Shown piece by piece: positions 30,020 through 39,851 of a stretch of 64,000 nt of DNA; position 1 is the first letter of the stretch; every line of letters starts with the position of its first letter. The notes beneath the pieces were generated by a model, which did no database searches, had not been told where the DNA came from, and saw nothing but the letters and a program-made list of their open reading frames with translations. The stretch lies in the NCBI GenBank assembly GCA_963703225.1, contig OY969801.1, positions 3,059,863-3,123,862 on the forward strand. Reading direction: 5' to 3'. Made by a program: the position numbers and the translations under genes. The DNA comes from Candidatus Eiseniibacteriota bacterium. GTDB lineage: Bacteria > Eisenbacteria > RBG-16-71-46 > SZUA-252.

Positions 30020-31546
30020 CTACAAATCGTGCCCCGCGTACGAAAGATTGAAGCTCTTGTTGCAGAGCGGGAAATCCGAGATCTGCCGCCCGCGCATGAC
30101 CATCGCGAGCGCGAGCCAGTTGTGAAAGGACGGATCGACGATCTTGTAGCTCGCCAGCCCTCCAGCCTCGTCGGTGACGGCGAGGTGCACGATTTCGCCG
30201 CGCCATCCCTCGACCAGGGAGGCGACGCAGGCATTTGGGCGCGCCGGGCCGAGCGCTGTGTCGATCGCCCCTTCCTTCAGCTCGTCCAGGTGTTCCCGAA
30301 TGAACTGGATCGAGCGCTGCGTCTCGGTCCAGCGCAGCACGGCCCGGGCCATGACGTCGCCCGACTCTTGAAGCGCCACCGGAATGTGTGCGAATCGATA
30401 GATCCCCCACGGATGGTCGCGCCTCACGTCCCGGTCGCATCCGCTGGCGCGGGCCGCGGGCCCAACGATGCCAAGCTCCTCGGCGTCCTCTTTCTCGAGG
30501 ATTCCCGACTGCTCCATCCGGGAGACAACCGACGGGCATTCGAAGACGATCTCGGACACCTTGCCCAGATCGCGCTCCAGGCGATCGAGCTGCGCGATGA
30601 GCCCGACCTGCCGCACCGGGTCGATTCCGAACCGGACGCCTCCCGGAGTGACGAGGCTTCGCCCGAACCGGTTTCCCGAGATTTCCAGGAGCATGTTCAG
30701 GAAGTCGCCGCGGTGCTGCCCGAACCAGGCAGCCCCCGGGAGATATCCCGCGTCGCCGCAGAGGGCGCCCAGATCGCCCACGTGATTGGCGCAGCGCTCC
30801 AGCTCGAGCGCGATGCCGCGGATCGCGTGGGCGGCGAGAGGCGGCTCGGCACCGCTCAGCCCTTCCAAGACGGCGCAGTGGGCGAGGGAGTGGCCGATGG
30901 CGGTGTCGCCGGCGATCGATTCCGCAATCACGAGACGGCGCGCGGGCTTCGATTCCAGGAGCAACGCCTCGGCGCCCCGATGCTGGTATCCGAGCTGTAT
31001 TTCAAGATGGAGCACCGTCTCGCCGTGGCACTGGAACCGAAAATGGCCCGGCTCGATGATGCCCGCGTGCACCGGCCCGACGGCCACCTCGTGGACGGTC
31101 GATCCTTCCACCGCCAAGAAGGGATACGCGCCGCTGCCCCCGCGCTCCCCGCCACGCGGCGGCTCCAGGTCCGCGTGGCGTCGCAGCGGCTTGGGCCACG
31201 GGTGTTCCTCGGGCACCAGCCCGAAGTCTTCCGCCAGCTCCCTCTCGAATCCCTGCGCCTGCGGGATGTCTGCCGAGAGGGCGCGATACCTCCCCGAGTC
31301 CGGCACTGGGGTCCGCAGGAGGCCGAGATAGGATCCCGTGTCGTCGGCAAGGAGCGCGAGCATTTCCCGGCCGCGATCGCCCGGCGACTTGGAGTGGAGG
31401 ACGGTCAGCGCGCTCAGCCGCCCTCCCGACTCAACCACCGAGACGCAAACCTCGCGGAACGCGTCCATCGGAAGCGTTGGAATATCGGAGAGCGCGACGG
31501 CGGCGCCGTTCCCCACCATGCAGACAGATCCGGTTTGATCGACCAC
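30020..31546 (-). CDS. Ehr/HyfG-like large subunit lacking NiFe-binding CxxC motifs
   Basis: VGPVHAGIIEPGHFRF, GYQHRG, ESIAGDT, VEGWRGE, DPSFHNW, C-terminus DFPLCNKSFNLSYAGHDL. Confidence 0.9.
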   Translation of the reverse strand: MVDQTGSVCMVGNGAAVALSDIPTLPMDAFREVCVSVVESGGRLSALTVLHSKSPGDRGREMLALLADDTGSYLGLLRTPVPDSGRYRALSADIPQAQGFERELAEDFGLVPEEHPWPKPLRRHADLEPPRGGERGGSGAYPFLAVEGSTVHEVAVGPVHAGIIEPGHFRFQCHGETVLHLEIQLGYQHRGAEALLLESKPARRLVIAESIAGDTAIGHSLAHCAVLEGLSGAEPPLAAHAIRGIALELERCANHVGDLGALCGDAGYLPGAAWFGQHRGDFLNMLLEISGNRFGRSLVTPGGVRFGIDPVRQVGLIAQLDRLERDLGKVSEIVFECPSVVSRMEQSGILEKEDAEELGIVGPAARASGCDRDVRRDHPWGIYRFAHIPVALQESGDVMARAVLRWTETQRSIQFIREHLDELKEGAIDTALGPARPNACVASLVEGWRGEIVHLAVTDEAGGLASYKIVDPSFHNWLALAMVMRGRQISDFPLCNKSFNLSYAGHDL

Positions 31547-31548
31547 GC

Positions 31549-32982
31549 TCAGCCTCCCAGCAGTGCCGCTGCGTGTCGCAGCGTCGCCGCCAGCAGCGGC
31601 GGCATGTAGATGCCGAGGAGGAGCACGCCCGCCAGCGCCAGGAGCGGCGCGATCAGCGAGAGTCGGGCTTCGCGGGTGGGGGGTCGAGCGGGATCGGGCT
31701 CGCCCTGGAACATCGGCAGGAGTACGCCCGCCATTCCCAGGAAGGCGATCGCGACCAAGGAGAGGAACAGGGCCCCGATCGCCAGGCTTTCCTGCTTCAT
31801 CGCCGCCTGAAAGATGAGGAGCTTGCTCCAGAAGGCGCCGAAGGGAGGCATCCCTCCAAGGGCGAGGAAGAGAAGCAGGAAGAGAATCCCCGTCGCGGGC
31901 TGGCGGCGCAGCATTCCGCGCACCTCCTGCGTGCCGGTCGTCCCAAAGCTTCGCAGCACGTTCCCCGCGCAATAGAAGAGCCCCGCCTTGGAGAGCGAGT
32001 GGTTCAGGGCGTGGAAGAGCGCGCCGAACACGCCCCCTCCCCCCACACCGATGCCCACCGCGATGATGCCCATGTTCTCGATGCTCGAATAGGCGAGGAG
32101 CCGCTTGTAGTCGCGCTGCCCCACCAGGAACGAGCAGGCGACCACGAGCGATGCGAAACCAAGCACCAGGAGCAGCGTGTGCGCGAACGCCCCGTTTCCG
32201 GACGCGAGGGCCACCTGGTAGAAGCGAAGCAGGGCCAAGAGTGCCCCGTTGAGCAACGCCCCCGAGAGGAGCGCCGAGATCGGGGACGGCGCCTGGCTGT
32301 GGGTGTCGGGAAGCCAGGTATGGAGCGGCGCCAATCCCATCTTCGTCCCGTAGCCGACCAGCGCCAGGATGAATCCCGCCTTGAGCCACGAGCGGGAGAG
32401 CTGCGGCGCGGCGTGGACCAAGGATGCGAGCGAGAGCCCGGGCGGCGGAGATACGGCGGAGCCCGCGATCCCGAGGAAGAACGTACCCAGAAGAGCCAGC
32501 GCGATTCCGACCGAGCAGAGGAGAAGGTACTTCCACGCCGCCTCCAGCGCCCCACGGCGTCGATAGAAATAGACGAGCGGCGCGGTGGCCAGCGTCGTCG
32601 CCTCGACGGCCACCCAAAGAACCGCCAAATGCTGTGTCGCGGCCACGAGGGTGAGCGCCGACAGGAACCAGAGCAGACAGGGAACGAAACGATGAGGCGC
32701 CGCCTGCGGATCGTGCGTGCCGTGCCGCAGGTAGGGCACGGTGTAGAGGCAGGTCAGAAAGAAGAGAACGCTCGTGATCGAGAGAAAGATCAGCCCGGTC
32801 GAGTCCAGCTGGAGCACGGGGCCGAAGAGGCGGGTGCCCACGCCGGCCCAGAGGAGCGCCGTCCCCACCATGTGGAGCACCGAGACCGAGACGAGCAGCA
32901 CAAGGTGGAGTCCCAAGCGCCGCCTCGGCCAGAGGAAAAGCCCGACCACTGACGGGAGGAGTATCTGGAAGAGGAGCGTCAT
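31549..32982 (-). CDS. hyfF: HyfF-like antiporter-type membrane subunit
   Basis: WVAVEATT, LEAAWKY, GYGTKMGLAPLHTWLPD, KRLLAYSSIENMG. Confidence 0.88.
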   Translation of the reverse strand: MTLLFQILLPSVVGLFLWPRRRLGLHLVLLVSVSVLHMVGTALLWAGVGTRLFGPVLQLDSTGLIFLSITSVLFFLTCLYTVPYLRHGTHDPQAAPHRFVPCLLWFLSALTLVAATQHLAVLWVAVEATTLATAPLVYFYRRRGALEAAWKYLLLCSVGIALALLGTFFLGIAGSAVSPPPGLSLASLVHAAPQLSRSWLKAGFILALVGYGTKMGLAPLHTWLPDTHSQAPSPISALLSGALLNGALLALLRFYQVALASGNGAFAHTLLLVLGFASLVVACSFLVGQRDYKRLLAYSSIENMGIIAVGIGVGGGGVFGALFHALNHSLSKAGLFYCAGNVLRSFGTTGTQEVRGMLRRQPATGILFLLLFLALGGMPPFGAFWSKLLIFQAAMKQESLAIGALFLSLVAIAFLGMAGVLLPMFQGEPDPARPPTREARLSLIAPLLALAGVLLLGIYMPPLLAATLRHAAALLGG

Positions 32983-33638
32983 GCCGACTCCTTGAGGACC
33001 GCGAGACGCTCCGTGTCGATGTCCTCGAATTCGCGGCTGATGTGGTGGATCGCGATTCCCATCACGAAGACGCCGACGAGAAGGTCGAGGAGAATGCCCA
33101 GCTCCACCGCGAACGGGAGATCCCGCGCCAGCATCTGACCGAACATGAAGACGCCGTTCTCGAGCATCAGGTACCCGACCACCTGGGTGACCGCCTTCCG
33201 GCGCGTGACGAGGACGAGAAATCCCAGGAGCAGTGTCGAGAACGCTGCCGGTAGCAGCAGTCCGGAAGGCGCCGGCCTCGGCAAGATGAGAAGGCTCGCG
33301 AACCAGAACGAGACTCCGACGAGCACGGCGCCGATGAGCAGCGAGCCGTGCAGGCTGATGAACGGATCGACCTCGCGCCGCACGTTCGCCTCGCGGATCG
33401 CGCTCCGCAGCAGAAGCGGGATCACGATCACCTTGATGGCGAAGGTGCCCACGCTCATGAGAATGATGTGGAAGATGCGGCCCTCCGGCTGCGAGCCCCA
33501 GAGCGCCACCGGAAGGAGCGCCAGCGCGAAGCCCTGGAGCGCGGTGGAGCGGACCAGCGAGTGGAGACGCCCGGTCGCCACGATGTAGAGATCGAGCATG
33601 ACCACCGCGAGGAGGAGAAGATCGGGAGCGCCGCTCAC
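32979..33638 (-). CDS. hyfE: HyfE-like membrane subunit
   Basis: TRRKAVTQVVGYLMLENG, PFAVELGILLD. Confidence 0.88.
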   Translation of the reverse strand: MSGAPDLLLLAVVMLDLYIVATGRLHSLVRSTALQGFALALLPVALWGSQPEGRIFHIILMSVGTFAIKVIVIPLLLRSAIREANVRREVDPFISLHGSLLIGAVLVGVSFWFASLLILPRPAPSGLLLPAAFSTLLLGFLVLVTRRKAVTQVVGYLMLENGVFMFGQMLARDLPFAVELGILLDLLVGVFVMGIAIHHISREFEDIDTERLAVLKESA

Positions 33639-34561
33639 AGCCCACCCCGATAGAAGAGCGCGACCAGCCCGATCGCCGCCAGGACCGACGCGCCGATGAG
33701 AAACTGGGGCACGCGCGGCAGACGCAGGCGCGCCACGGAGGATTCGACGCCGCCCACGAGGATCGCGATCAGGAGCTGTCCCGCAAGGAGGATCGCGACG
33801 CCGGCCCAACCCCCCGCCGCCGGGACCGGAAGAAGCACGTGAACGACCAGCGCGGCGACGACGAAGAGCTTCATCGCGCTACCATAGAGGACGAACGCCA
33901 GGTCCGGCCCCCCGTGATCGAGCACCATGACCTCGTGGACCATCGTCAGCTCGAGGTGGGTCGCGGGATCGTCGACCGGAATGCGCGCGTTCTCCGCGAG
34001 CAGGTAGATGAAGAGCGCGCCCGCGGCGGCCAGCATCGCGGGATGTGCAGCGCCCCATGTCTCCCAGGGGAGCCGCGCCCACGCCGCCTCGAACGAAGGC
34101 GAGCCTGCGGGGATGCAGACGACGGCGAGGGCAAGGAAGAGCGCCGGCTCCGTGAGCGCCGCGAACGTGGCCTCCCGGCTCGCCCCCATGCCCTCGAAGC
34201 TGGAGCCTGTGTCCATGGCGGCGAGGAGTGTCGCGAATCGAGCGAGCGCGAAGAGCGCGGCGAAGGCGATCACGTCCCCACGAAAGCCGAGCGGCGCCGC
34301 GCCTGAGTGGAGCGGAACCAAGAGTCCCGCGCAGACGACGGCGGAGAGCGACACGATCGGCCCCGCCCGGAAGAGCCACGTCGTCGTGCGGCTGTAGACC
34401 GCGCCCTTCCCGAAGAGCCTGGCGAGATCACGGTATGGTTGAAGGAGAGGCGGACCGGCGCGACCGGCGACGAGCGCCTTGATCCGCTGGATCACCCCGA
34501 CAAAGAGGGGCGGCGCCAACAGGAGTAGCGCGACGTGGAGAGTGCGATCCAACATCGTCAT
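33635..34561 (-). CDS. hyfC: HyfC/NuoH-like membrane subunit
   Basis: GRAGPPLLQPYRD, DTGSSFEGMGASRE, AENARIPVDDPATHLELTMVHE. Confidence 0.9.
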   Translation of the reverse strand: MTMLDRTLHVALLLLAPPLFVGVIQRIKALVAGRAGPPLLQPYRDLARLFGKGAVYSRTTTWLFRAGPIVSLSAVVCAGLLVPLHSGAAPLGFRGDVIAFAALFALARFATLLAAMDTGSSFEGMGASREATFAALTEPALFLALAVVCIPAGSPSFEAAWARLPWETWGAAHPAMLAAAGALFIYLLAENARIPVDDPATHLELTMVHEVMVLDHGGPDLAFVLYGSAMKLFVVAALVVHVLLPVPAAGGWAGVAILLAGQLLIAILVGGVESSVARLRLPRVPQFLIGASVLAAIGLVALFYRGGL

Positions 34562-36547
34562 CGTCCGGCCCTTCCGCCCAACTGCCAGAGCAGGAGCGCG
34601 ATCAGCGTCACGAGGATGTACGCGAGATAGAGCTGGACCCGGCCCTGCTGAATGATCCGGATGCGCGAGAACAGTCCCAGGAGATGGCGCATCGCCGGAA
34701 GGAGGATTCGCTCGCCCGCCGGGTCGCCCGTGTGCACCTCGAATGCCGCGTCGTGCGGAAAGTATCCCTCGGGCCCGCGCCGTCTCACCTGCACGTCGAG
34801 CACGCCGCCGAAAGGCGCGAGCAGCGGCTGGGCGAAGGAGCCGCCGGTGTATTGCATCCGCGGCGTTACGGCGGCGTATCCGCACGCCCACGTACTCTCG
34901 ACCCGGATCTCGCGCCCTCGCAGGAGGAGGATGCGTATTAGTGAGACGACCCCCACAATGCCAAAGAGGACGGCCGCGACGCGCGTGATCGCCGAGAGCG
35001 AGCCCAGTACCTCGATTGGCGCCGCCGCCCCCGAGATGGAGGCCACGGCCGCCGCGACGAGGCGCACGACCCCTTGGGGCCAGATGCCGATCCCAAGGCA
35101 CACGAGGGCTCCCAGCACCATGGGGGATTTCATCGCGATCCCGGCCTCCCGGGCGCGGGAGGTCGCTTCGGTCCGAGCCTCTCCCAGAAACACGACTCCG
35201 TAGGCTTTTGCAAAGCACGCGACCGCGAGCCCTCCGATCAACGCGAGCGCGGGGACAGCCAGCAGCGCCGAGATCGCCCATGGTGCCGATAGGGTGGACG
35301 CTCCAAGGAACGCGGCGACGAAGATCAGCCACTCGCTCACGAAGCCATTGAGGGGCGGGAGGCCGCAGATTGCTGCCGAGCCGACTAAGAAGGTCAAGCC
35401 CGTGACGGGCATGCGTCGAGCAAGGCCGCCCAAGCTGTCGAGGTCGCGCACGCCCGTCGCGTGGATGACCGCTCCCGCTCCCTGGAACAGAAGTCCCTTG
35501 AAGAGGCCGTGGTTCAGCACGTGCAGCAGCGCACCGGCGTACCCGAGGAACGCGACCGCAGGCGCGCCGCGGCTCTGCCCAAGGAGGCCCAGCCCAATCC
35601 CGATGGCGATGATGCCGATGTTCTCGACGCTGTGGTACGCGAGAAGCCGTTTGAGCTCATGCTGGGCGAGAGCGTGGAGCACGCCGACGACGCCGGTGAT
35701 GCGCGCCGAGGATCACGAGCAGCGTCCCCCACCAGGCTTCGGGCGGGCCGAGGAAGCTCAGCGTTCTCAGGAGCCCATAGATTCCCATCTTGATCATCAC
35801 GCCCGACATGAGCGCCGAGACGTGGCTCGGCGCCGCGGGGTGCGCGTCGGGGAGCCAGACGTGTACCGGCCAGAAGCCGGCCTTGGTGCCGAAGCCGATC
35901 GTCGCGAGAAGGAAGGCCGCGCCCGCCATCCCCGCCGGCGCTCCCGCCGCGGCGAATCGATCGAAGTCGAACGACCCTGTGCCGCCTGAGAGGATGACGA
36001 AGAGGACAAAGAGGCACGCCGCGCCGAGGTGCGAGGCGATGAGGTAGGTCATTCCGGCTCGGCGCACCACTTCCTGTTCGTCCTCGAAGGTCACCAGGAA
36101 GAAGGAAGCGATCGACATCAACTCCCAGGCCGCCAGGAAGAGCACACCGTCGCGCGCGACCACGAGAAGGACCATGGAGAGGACGAGCAGGTTGAAGAGA
36201 GCGGCGGCCGGCGCAAGCGGCCGGTGTCCGAGGTAGTGCTTCAGGTAGCCCCATCCATAGAGCGCGCTGAGGCCCGAAACCGCGAACACGCAGAGAAGGA
36301 AGAAGGAAGCGAGCGGGTCGAGGGCCAGGTGGATCTCGCCGAGGGGGAGCGACCACGCGACGCGGACCGATTCCTTGCTGCCTTGAAGGAGCGCCGCGAC
36401 GCTCGCTGCCGTCCCGAGCATGCACCCACCGACGGCCGTGAGCGATCCGATGGCGAGGGCCGCGCGATCCGACCGGCGCGCGAGGAGCGCGGCGATCGAT
36501 CCGGCGAGAAGGAGCGCCGCCGACCAGCCGATCCACTGGAGCATCAC
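34558..36547 (-). CDS. hyfB: HyfB-like antiporter-type membrane subunit, one apparent indel at ~35700
   Basis: AWELMS, GFGTKAG...HVWLPDAHPAAPSHVSALMSG; KRLLAYHSVENIG, GLPPLNGFVSEW, TWACGY...RMQY. Confidence 0.9.
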
Positions 36548-37227
36548 TTCTGGGGCGCCCGCTCTTGGAGTTCGATCGCTCCAAGGCGATCGAGAATTGC
36601 GGCGGCTGTCGTCGGTTTCTCGAGCAGCGCCGACAGCGCGGGGTCGTGCAGCGCGTAGGTCAGCCGGGAGAGCATCTGGAGGTGGGCCCGGATCGACGGG
36701 GAGAGGAGCGTGAAGAGCACGCGGACCGGCGCTCCGTCGACGGCGTGGAAGTCGACCGGATGCTCCAGAAAGCAGGCCAGGACGACCGGCTCTCGAACCT
36801 GCACCACCAGCGGGTCGCGCGGATGTGGGATCGCGATCCCGCCGCCAATCCCGGTCGACATCAGGGCTTCGCGGCCCACCAGCAGCTCCCGGAGGAGAGC
36901 GCGATTCGCGCCCTCGGGAATTCCAGGAAGCCGCGTGACCGCATCCAGGACTTCCTCGGAGGTCTTACCCGGCACACGGAAATGGATTCCGCCCCGCTCG
37001 ATGGCCGCTCGCAGGCTGGATGCTGACTCGGGCGCACCCGCCTGTCCAAGAATCGTGGGCGAAAGCTTCAGGCCGCGCCCTGCGGCCCACTCCTGAATTT
37101 CCACGCGATTGAAGAGGAACTGGTCGTGGAGCCGGTGCGCGGGAATCGCCTTCTCCCGCAGCCAGCGATGCACCGTCTTCTCCGTGACGCCCAGGAGTTG
37201 GGCGACTTCACGGACAGAAAGATCCAA
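36544..37227 (-). CDS. Excisionase/MerR-type HTH fused to a PTS EIIA (PtsN-like) domain
   Basis: LSVREVAQLLGVTEKTVHRW HTH; REALMSTGIGGGIAIPH phospho-His motif. Confidence 0.88.
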   Translation of the reverse strand: MDLSVREVAQLLGVTEKTVHRWLREKAIPAHRLHDQFLFNRVEIQEWAAGRGLKLSPTILGQAGAPESASSLRAAIERGGIHFRVPGKTSEEVLDAVTRLPGIPEGANRALLRELLVGREALMSTGIGGGIAIPHPRDPLVVQVREPVVLACFLEHPVDFHAVDGAPVRVLFTLLSPSIRAHLQMLSRLTYALHDPALSALLEKPTTAAAILDRLGAIELQERAPQK

Positions 37228-37306
37228 GTGGCTCCTTCTTCAAAGGCTTTGAGCCGGGGGCGGCTACGGGGATGGCCCCGATTATGGATGGCGAAGCAAT
37301 CTGCGT

Positions 37307-37335
37307 AGTCTCAACAAATTGCGTGCGAATGTCAA
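37307..37335 (-). promoter_or_regulatory. Putative sigma70 promoter of the Ehr operon
   Basis: Minus strand TTGACA-N17-GAGACT upstream of the HTH-EIIA gene. Confidence 0.5.
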
Positions 37336-37389
37336 CGGAGGCAGGTTGCGGAGGCGCTGGCGCTGGACAGCCCGGCTAGTCGGCGTCGG

Positions 37390-37758
37390 TCACCGGAAGG
37401 GAGGGGGCGGCTCGTGCGCCGTGCCCTTCCCCGGCCTGTACGTGATCACCTGCACGCGCTCGAGCGTCACGAGCCCGTCGGCCACCATCTCGTCGAGCTG
37501 CGGGAGGAATGCCTCGATGCGCTCCTTGCTGTCGGCGATCTCGACGATGATCGGGAGATCCTCGCTCAAGCGTAGAACTTTCGCCGTGTGGATCCGGCTC
37601 TTCGCACCAAAGCCCATGAGGCCGCGCAGCACCGTCGCGCCGGCGAGGCCCGCCTCGCGCGCCTTCGCCACGATCGCCTCGTAGAGCGGCTTCCCGTGCC
37701 AGCGGTCGTTCTCCCCGATGAAGATGCGGAGGAGCTGCCCCTCGCCTTCGAGCTTCAT
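37390..37758 (-). CDS. DUF190 (PII-like) protein
   Basis: LLRIFIGE.D.WHGKPLYEAIV...GATVLRG..GFG...LSEDLP; usual crcB neighbour. Confidence 0.9.
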   Translation of the reverse strand: MKLEGEGQLLRIFIGENDRWHGKPLYEAIVAKAREAGLAGATVLRGLMGFGAKSRIHTAKVLRLSEDLPIIVEIADSKERIEAFLPQLDEMVADGLVTLERVQVITYRPGKGTAHEPPPPFR

Positions 37759-37769
37759 CTGCGTGTCTC

Positions 37770-38144
37770 CTAGATTCTCATCGCGGCCGCGTACCCCACC
37801 CAGACCGCGGCGAGGCCGAGCACCATGTGCGCGCCCAGGTTGAGAGCTCCGCGCCACGGGTCGCCGGTTCGGGCCAGCTCGAACGTCTCGTAGGCGAGCG
37901 CGGAGAAGGTGGTGAATCCGCCGCAGAATCCGATCAGGATCGCGCTCCGCCAGGTGGGGCTCGCTGCCACACGCTCCAGCGTCAGCGTCGCGACGAAGCC
38001 GACGACCAGCGATCCGATGACGTTGACCGCGAGCGTGCCGTATGGGAACGTTCCACCGGAGAGGCGCTGCGTGAATCCCTGGAGATAGTAGCGGCAGAGG
38101 GTCCCGATGAAGCCGAACCCGCCGATCAAAAGCACCCGAAGCAT
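37770..38144 (-). CDS. crcB: Fluoride channel Fluc/CrcB
   Basis: FPYGTLAVNVIG, GFCGGFTTFS. Confidence 0.95.
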   Translation of the reverse strand: MLRVLLIGGFGFIGTLCRYYLQGFTQRLSGGTFPYGTLAVNVIGSLVVGFVATLTLERVAASPTWRSAILIGFCGGFTTFSALAYETFELARTGDPWRGALNLGAHMVLGLAAVWVGYAAAMRI

Positions 38145-38955
38145 CGACCGATCATGGGGCAGCAGAGCCGGGCGCCGCAAGGGAGTCCTCGGGGCGCGCC
38201 AGAGGCACGCCCCACTCATCGCCCCACTCCTCATCGGATTCCTCGTCGCGTCGGCCGGCTGCTCTCACATCTCAGAGGTTCGCGAGAACGACCCCGGGTT
38301 CACCGCCGAGGCGCTCCGCGCGGGCGGCCTCGTGGTGGTGGGGGTGGTCCAGGTCAACGAGATCCCCCAGGTGCGTCCGCCGCTGATCGCCGCCCTCGAG
38401 CGGGTGCTCACCGCGACCCGCACGGACATTCCGCTCGTCCCCGCGGCACGGGCGGCCGCCGCCCTCGACGACTCGACCACGCGGCTACTTCTTCTGGGGT
38501 ATCAGATGCATGGGAGCCCCGAGCCCGATTGGCTCGACCGCGCCGCCGACAGGCTGGCCACCCTCGGCCGGTACGGGGTCCTGGCGCGGGTTGAGTCGGA
38601 CAAGCTGCGCTACGCGGTCCGCGACGCGCCGGTGAACGATCCGACGCTTAAATCACCTTCGAGCCGGATCCGCGTCACAGGGCGGGACGCGCACGTATCG
38701 GTCCAGGTCTACGACCTGAGGACGCGGGAACGCGTCTTCGCGGGGTCGTACATAGGCGCGGCCGAGGTTGCCGAGCCCGATACGATGCCTCTGGCCATGG
38801 GAGAAGCCCCGGGCGGCGGCGTGTCGATCAGTGGGATTCCCCAGGTGGCCCCCATCGAACAGGAGTACCCGAGACCGCCTCCTCTCGCGCGGGCGCTCGA
38901 GCCGGCCTTCTTGGAGTTCGCGCGGTCTCTCCCTGGCGCGCCGACACGGCCCTAG
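38107..38955 (+). CDS. Uncharacterised lipoprotein (paralogue of 28428..29192)
   Basis: Lipobox SAGC; true start probably further downstream than 38107. Confidence 0.6.
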   Translation: MKPNPPIKSTRSIDRSWGSRAGRRKGVLGARQRHAPLIAPLLIGFLVASAGCSHISEVRENDPGFTAEALRAGGLVVVGVVQVNEIPQVRPPLIAALERVLTATRTDIPLVPAARAAAALDDSTTRLLLLGYQMHGSPEPDWLDRAADRLATLGRYGVLARVESDKLRYAVRDAPVNDPTLKSPSSRIRVTGRDAHVSVQVYDLRTRERVFAGSYIGAAEVAEPDTMPLAMGEAPGGGVSISGIPQVAPIEQEYPRPPPLARALEPAFLEFARSLPGAPTRP

Positions 38956-39842
38956 GCCTTGTCGCGAGACTTTGCGCCGCCGAGCCCGAGCTTCGCCTTG
39001 AGCGGCCGCCACGTTTCGGTGATGACGACCGCCAGTATGATCATCGCCCCACCCAGCACCTCCCGCCTCGACATGCCCTCCCCAAAGAACGCCACCGCGA
39101 AGATCGCCGCGAAGATCGGCTCGGTGGAGAAGATGAGCGCAGCCTTGACCGGCGTCGTTCGCGCGAGCGCCCACGTCTGGATCAATATCACGACCGCGGT
39201 CGCCACAACCGCGAGGTAGATCAAGACTCCCCACGGCACCTTCTCGAACGGGGTTTGGAAGCCGCCTCGTCCCAAGACGCACGCCCAGCCGATCAGCGCG
39301 CCCACCACGACCTGGACGATGGTGAGCGCGACGGGGTCGCTCCTCTTGGCCACGATGTTCGTGATTACGATCTGGATGCCGAAGCAGAGGGCGCAGCCGA
39401 GCGTCCAAAGCTCCCCGGGCCGGAGCGCGAAGCCGGCGTCGGAGCTGAACATCGAGATCCCGCCGAACGCGAGCACGACCCCGATCAGGTCGCCGATGCC
39501 GGGGCCCCCCGCTCCCAGAGGAATCGCGAGGAACGGCGTGAAGATGATGTAGGTGCTGGTGATGAATGCGGAGCGGGCCGCGGTGATGGTCGCGAGCCCA
39601 ATGACCTGGGTGAGGTATCCCGCCGCAAGCCAGAGCCCGAGCCACGCGCCGTCCAAAAGCCACCGGCGGCGGATTGGCCAGAGATGCCGTCCGTAGACAG
39701 CCACCAGCACAATCGCCGCCAGTGAAAAGCGGATCGCCATGAGCTCCACGGGGTGGATGACCCGCAGAGACTCACGGAGTAGCGAAAATGTCGTGCCCCA
39801 GATCGCCGCGACGAGCAGAAGCGACAGATCGGCGCGGCTCAC
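38952..39842 (-). CDS. DMT/EamA-family transporter
   Basis: IWGTTF, ARSAFIT, GELWTL, AALIFSTEPIFA; about 10 TM segments. Confidence 0.9.
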   Translation of the reverse strand: MSRADLSLLLVAAIWGTTFSLLRESLRVIHPVELMAIRFSLAAIVLVAVYGRHLWPIRRRWLLDGAWLGLWLAAGYLTQVIGLATITAARSAFITSTYIIFTPFLAIPLGAGGPGIGDLIGVVLAFGGISMFSSDAGFALRPGELWTLGCALCFGIQIVITNIVAKRSDPVALTIVQVVVGALIGWACVLGRGGFQTPFEKVPWGVLIYLAVVATAVVILIQTWALARTTPVKAALIFSTEPIFAAIFAVAFFGEGMSRREVLGGAMIILAVVITETWRPLKAKLGLGGAKSRDKA

Positions 39843-39851
39843 CAGGACGAT

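Noticed and set aside
12470..36547. Single frameshifts in lon, the M16 protease, the beta-helix gene, hyfB and the Ehr small subunit as recoding sites
   Set aside because: No slippery sequences evident; same error pattern as elsewhere in the window
38145..38230. Fluoride riboswitch upstream of crcB
   Set aside because: No recognisable motif; the space is occupied by the divergent lipoprotein gene
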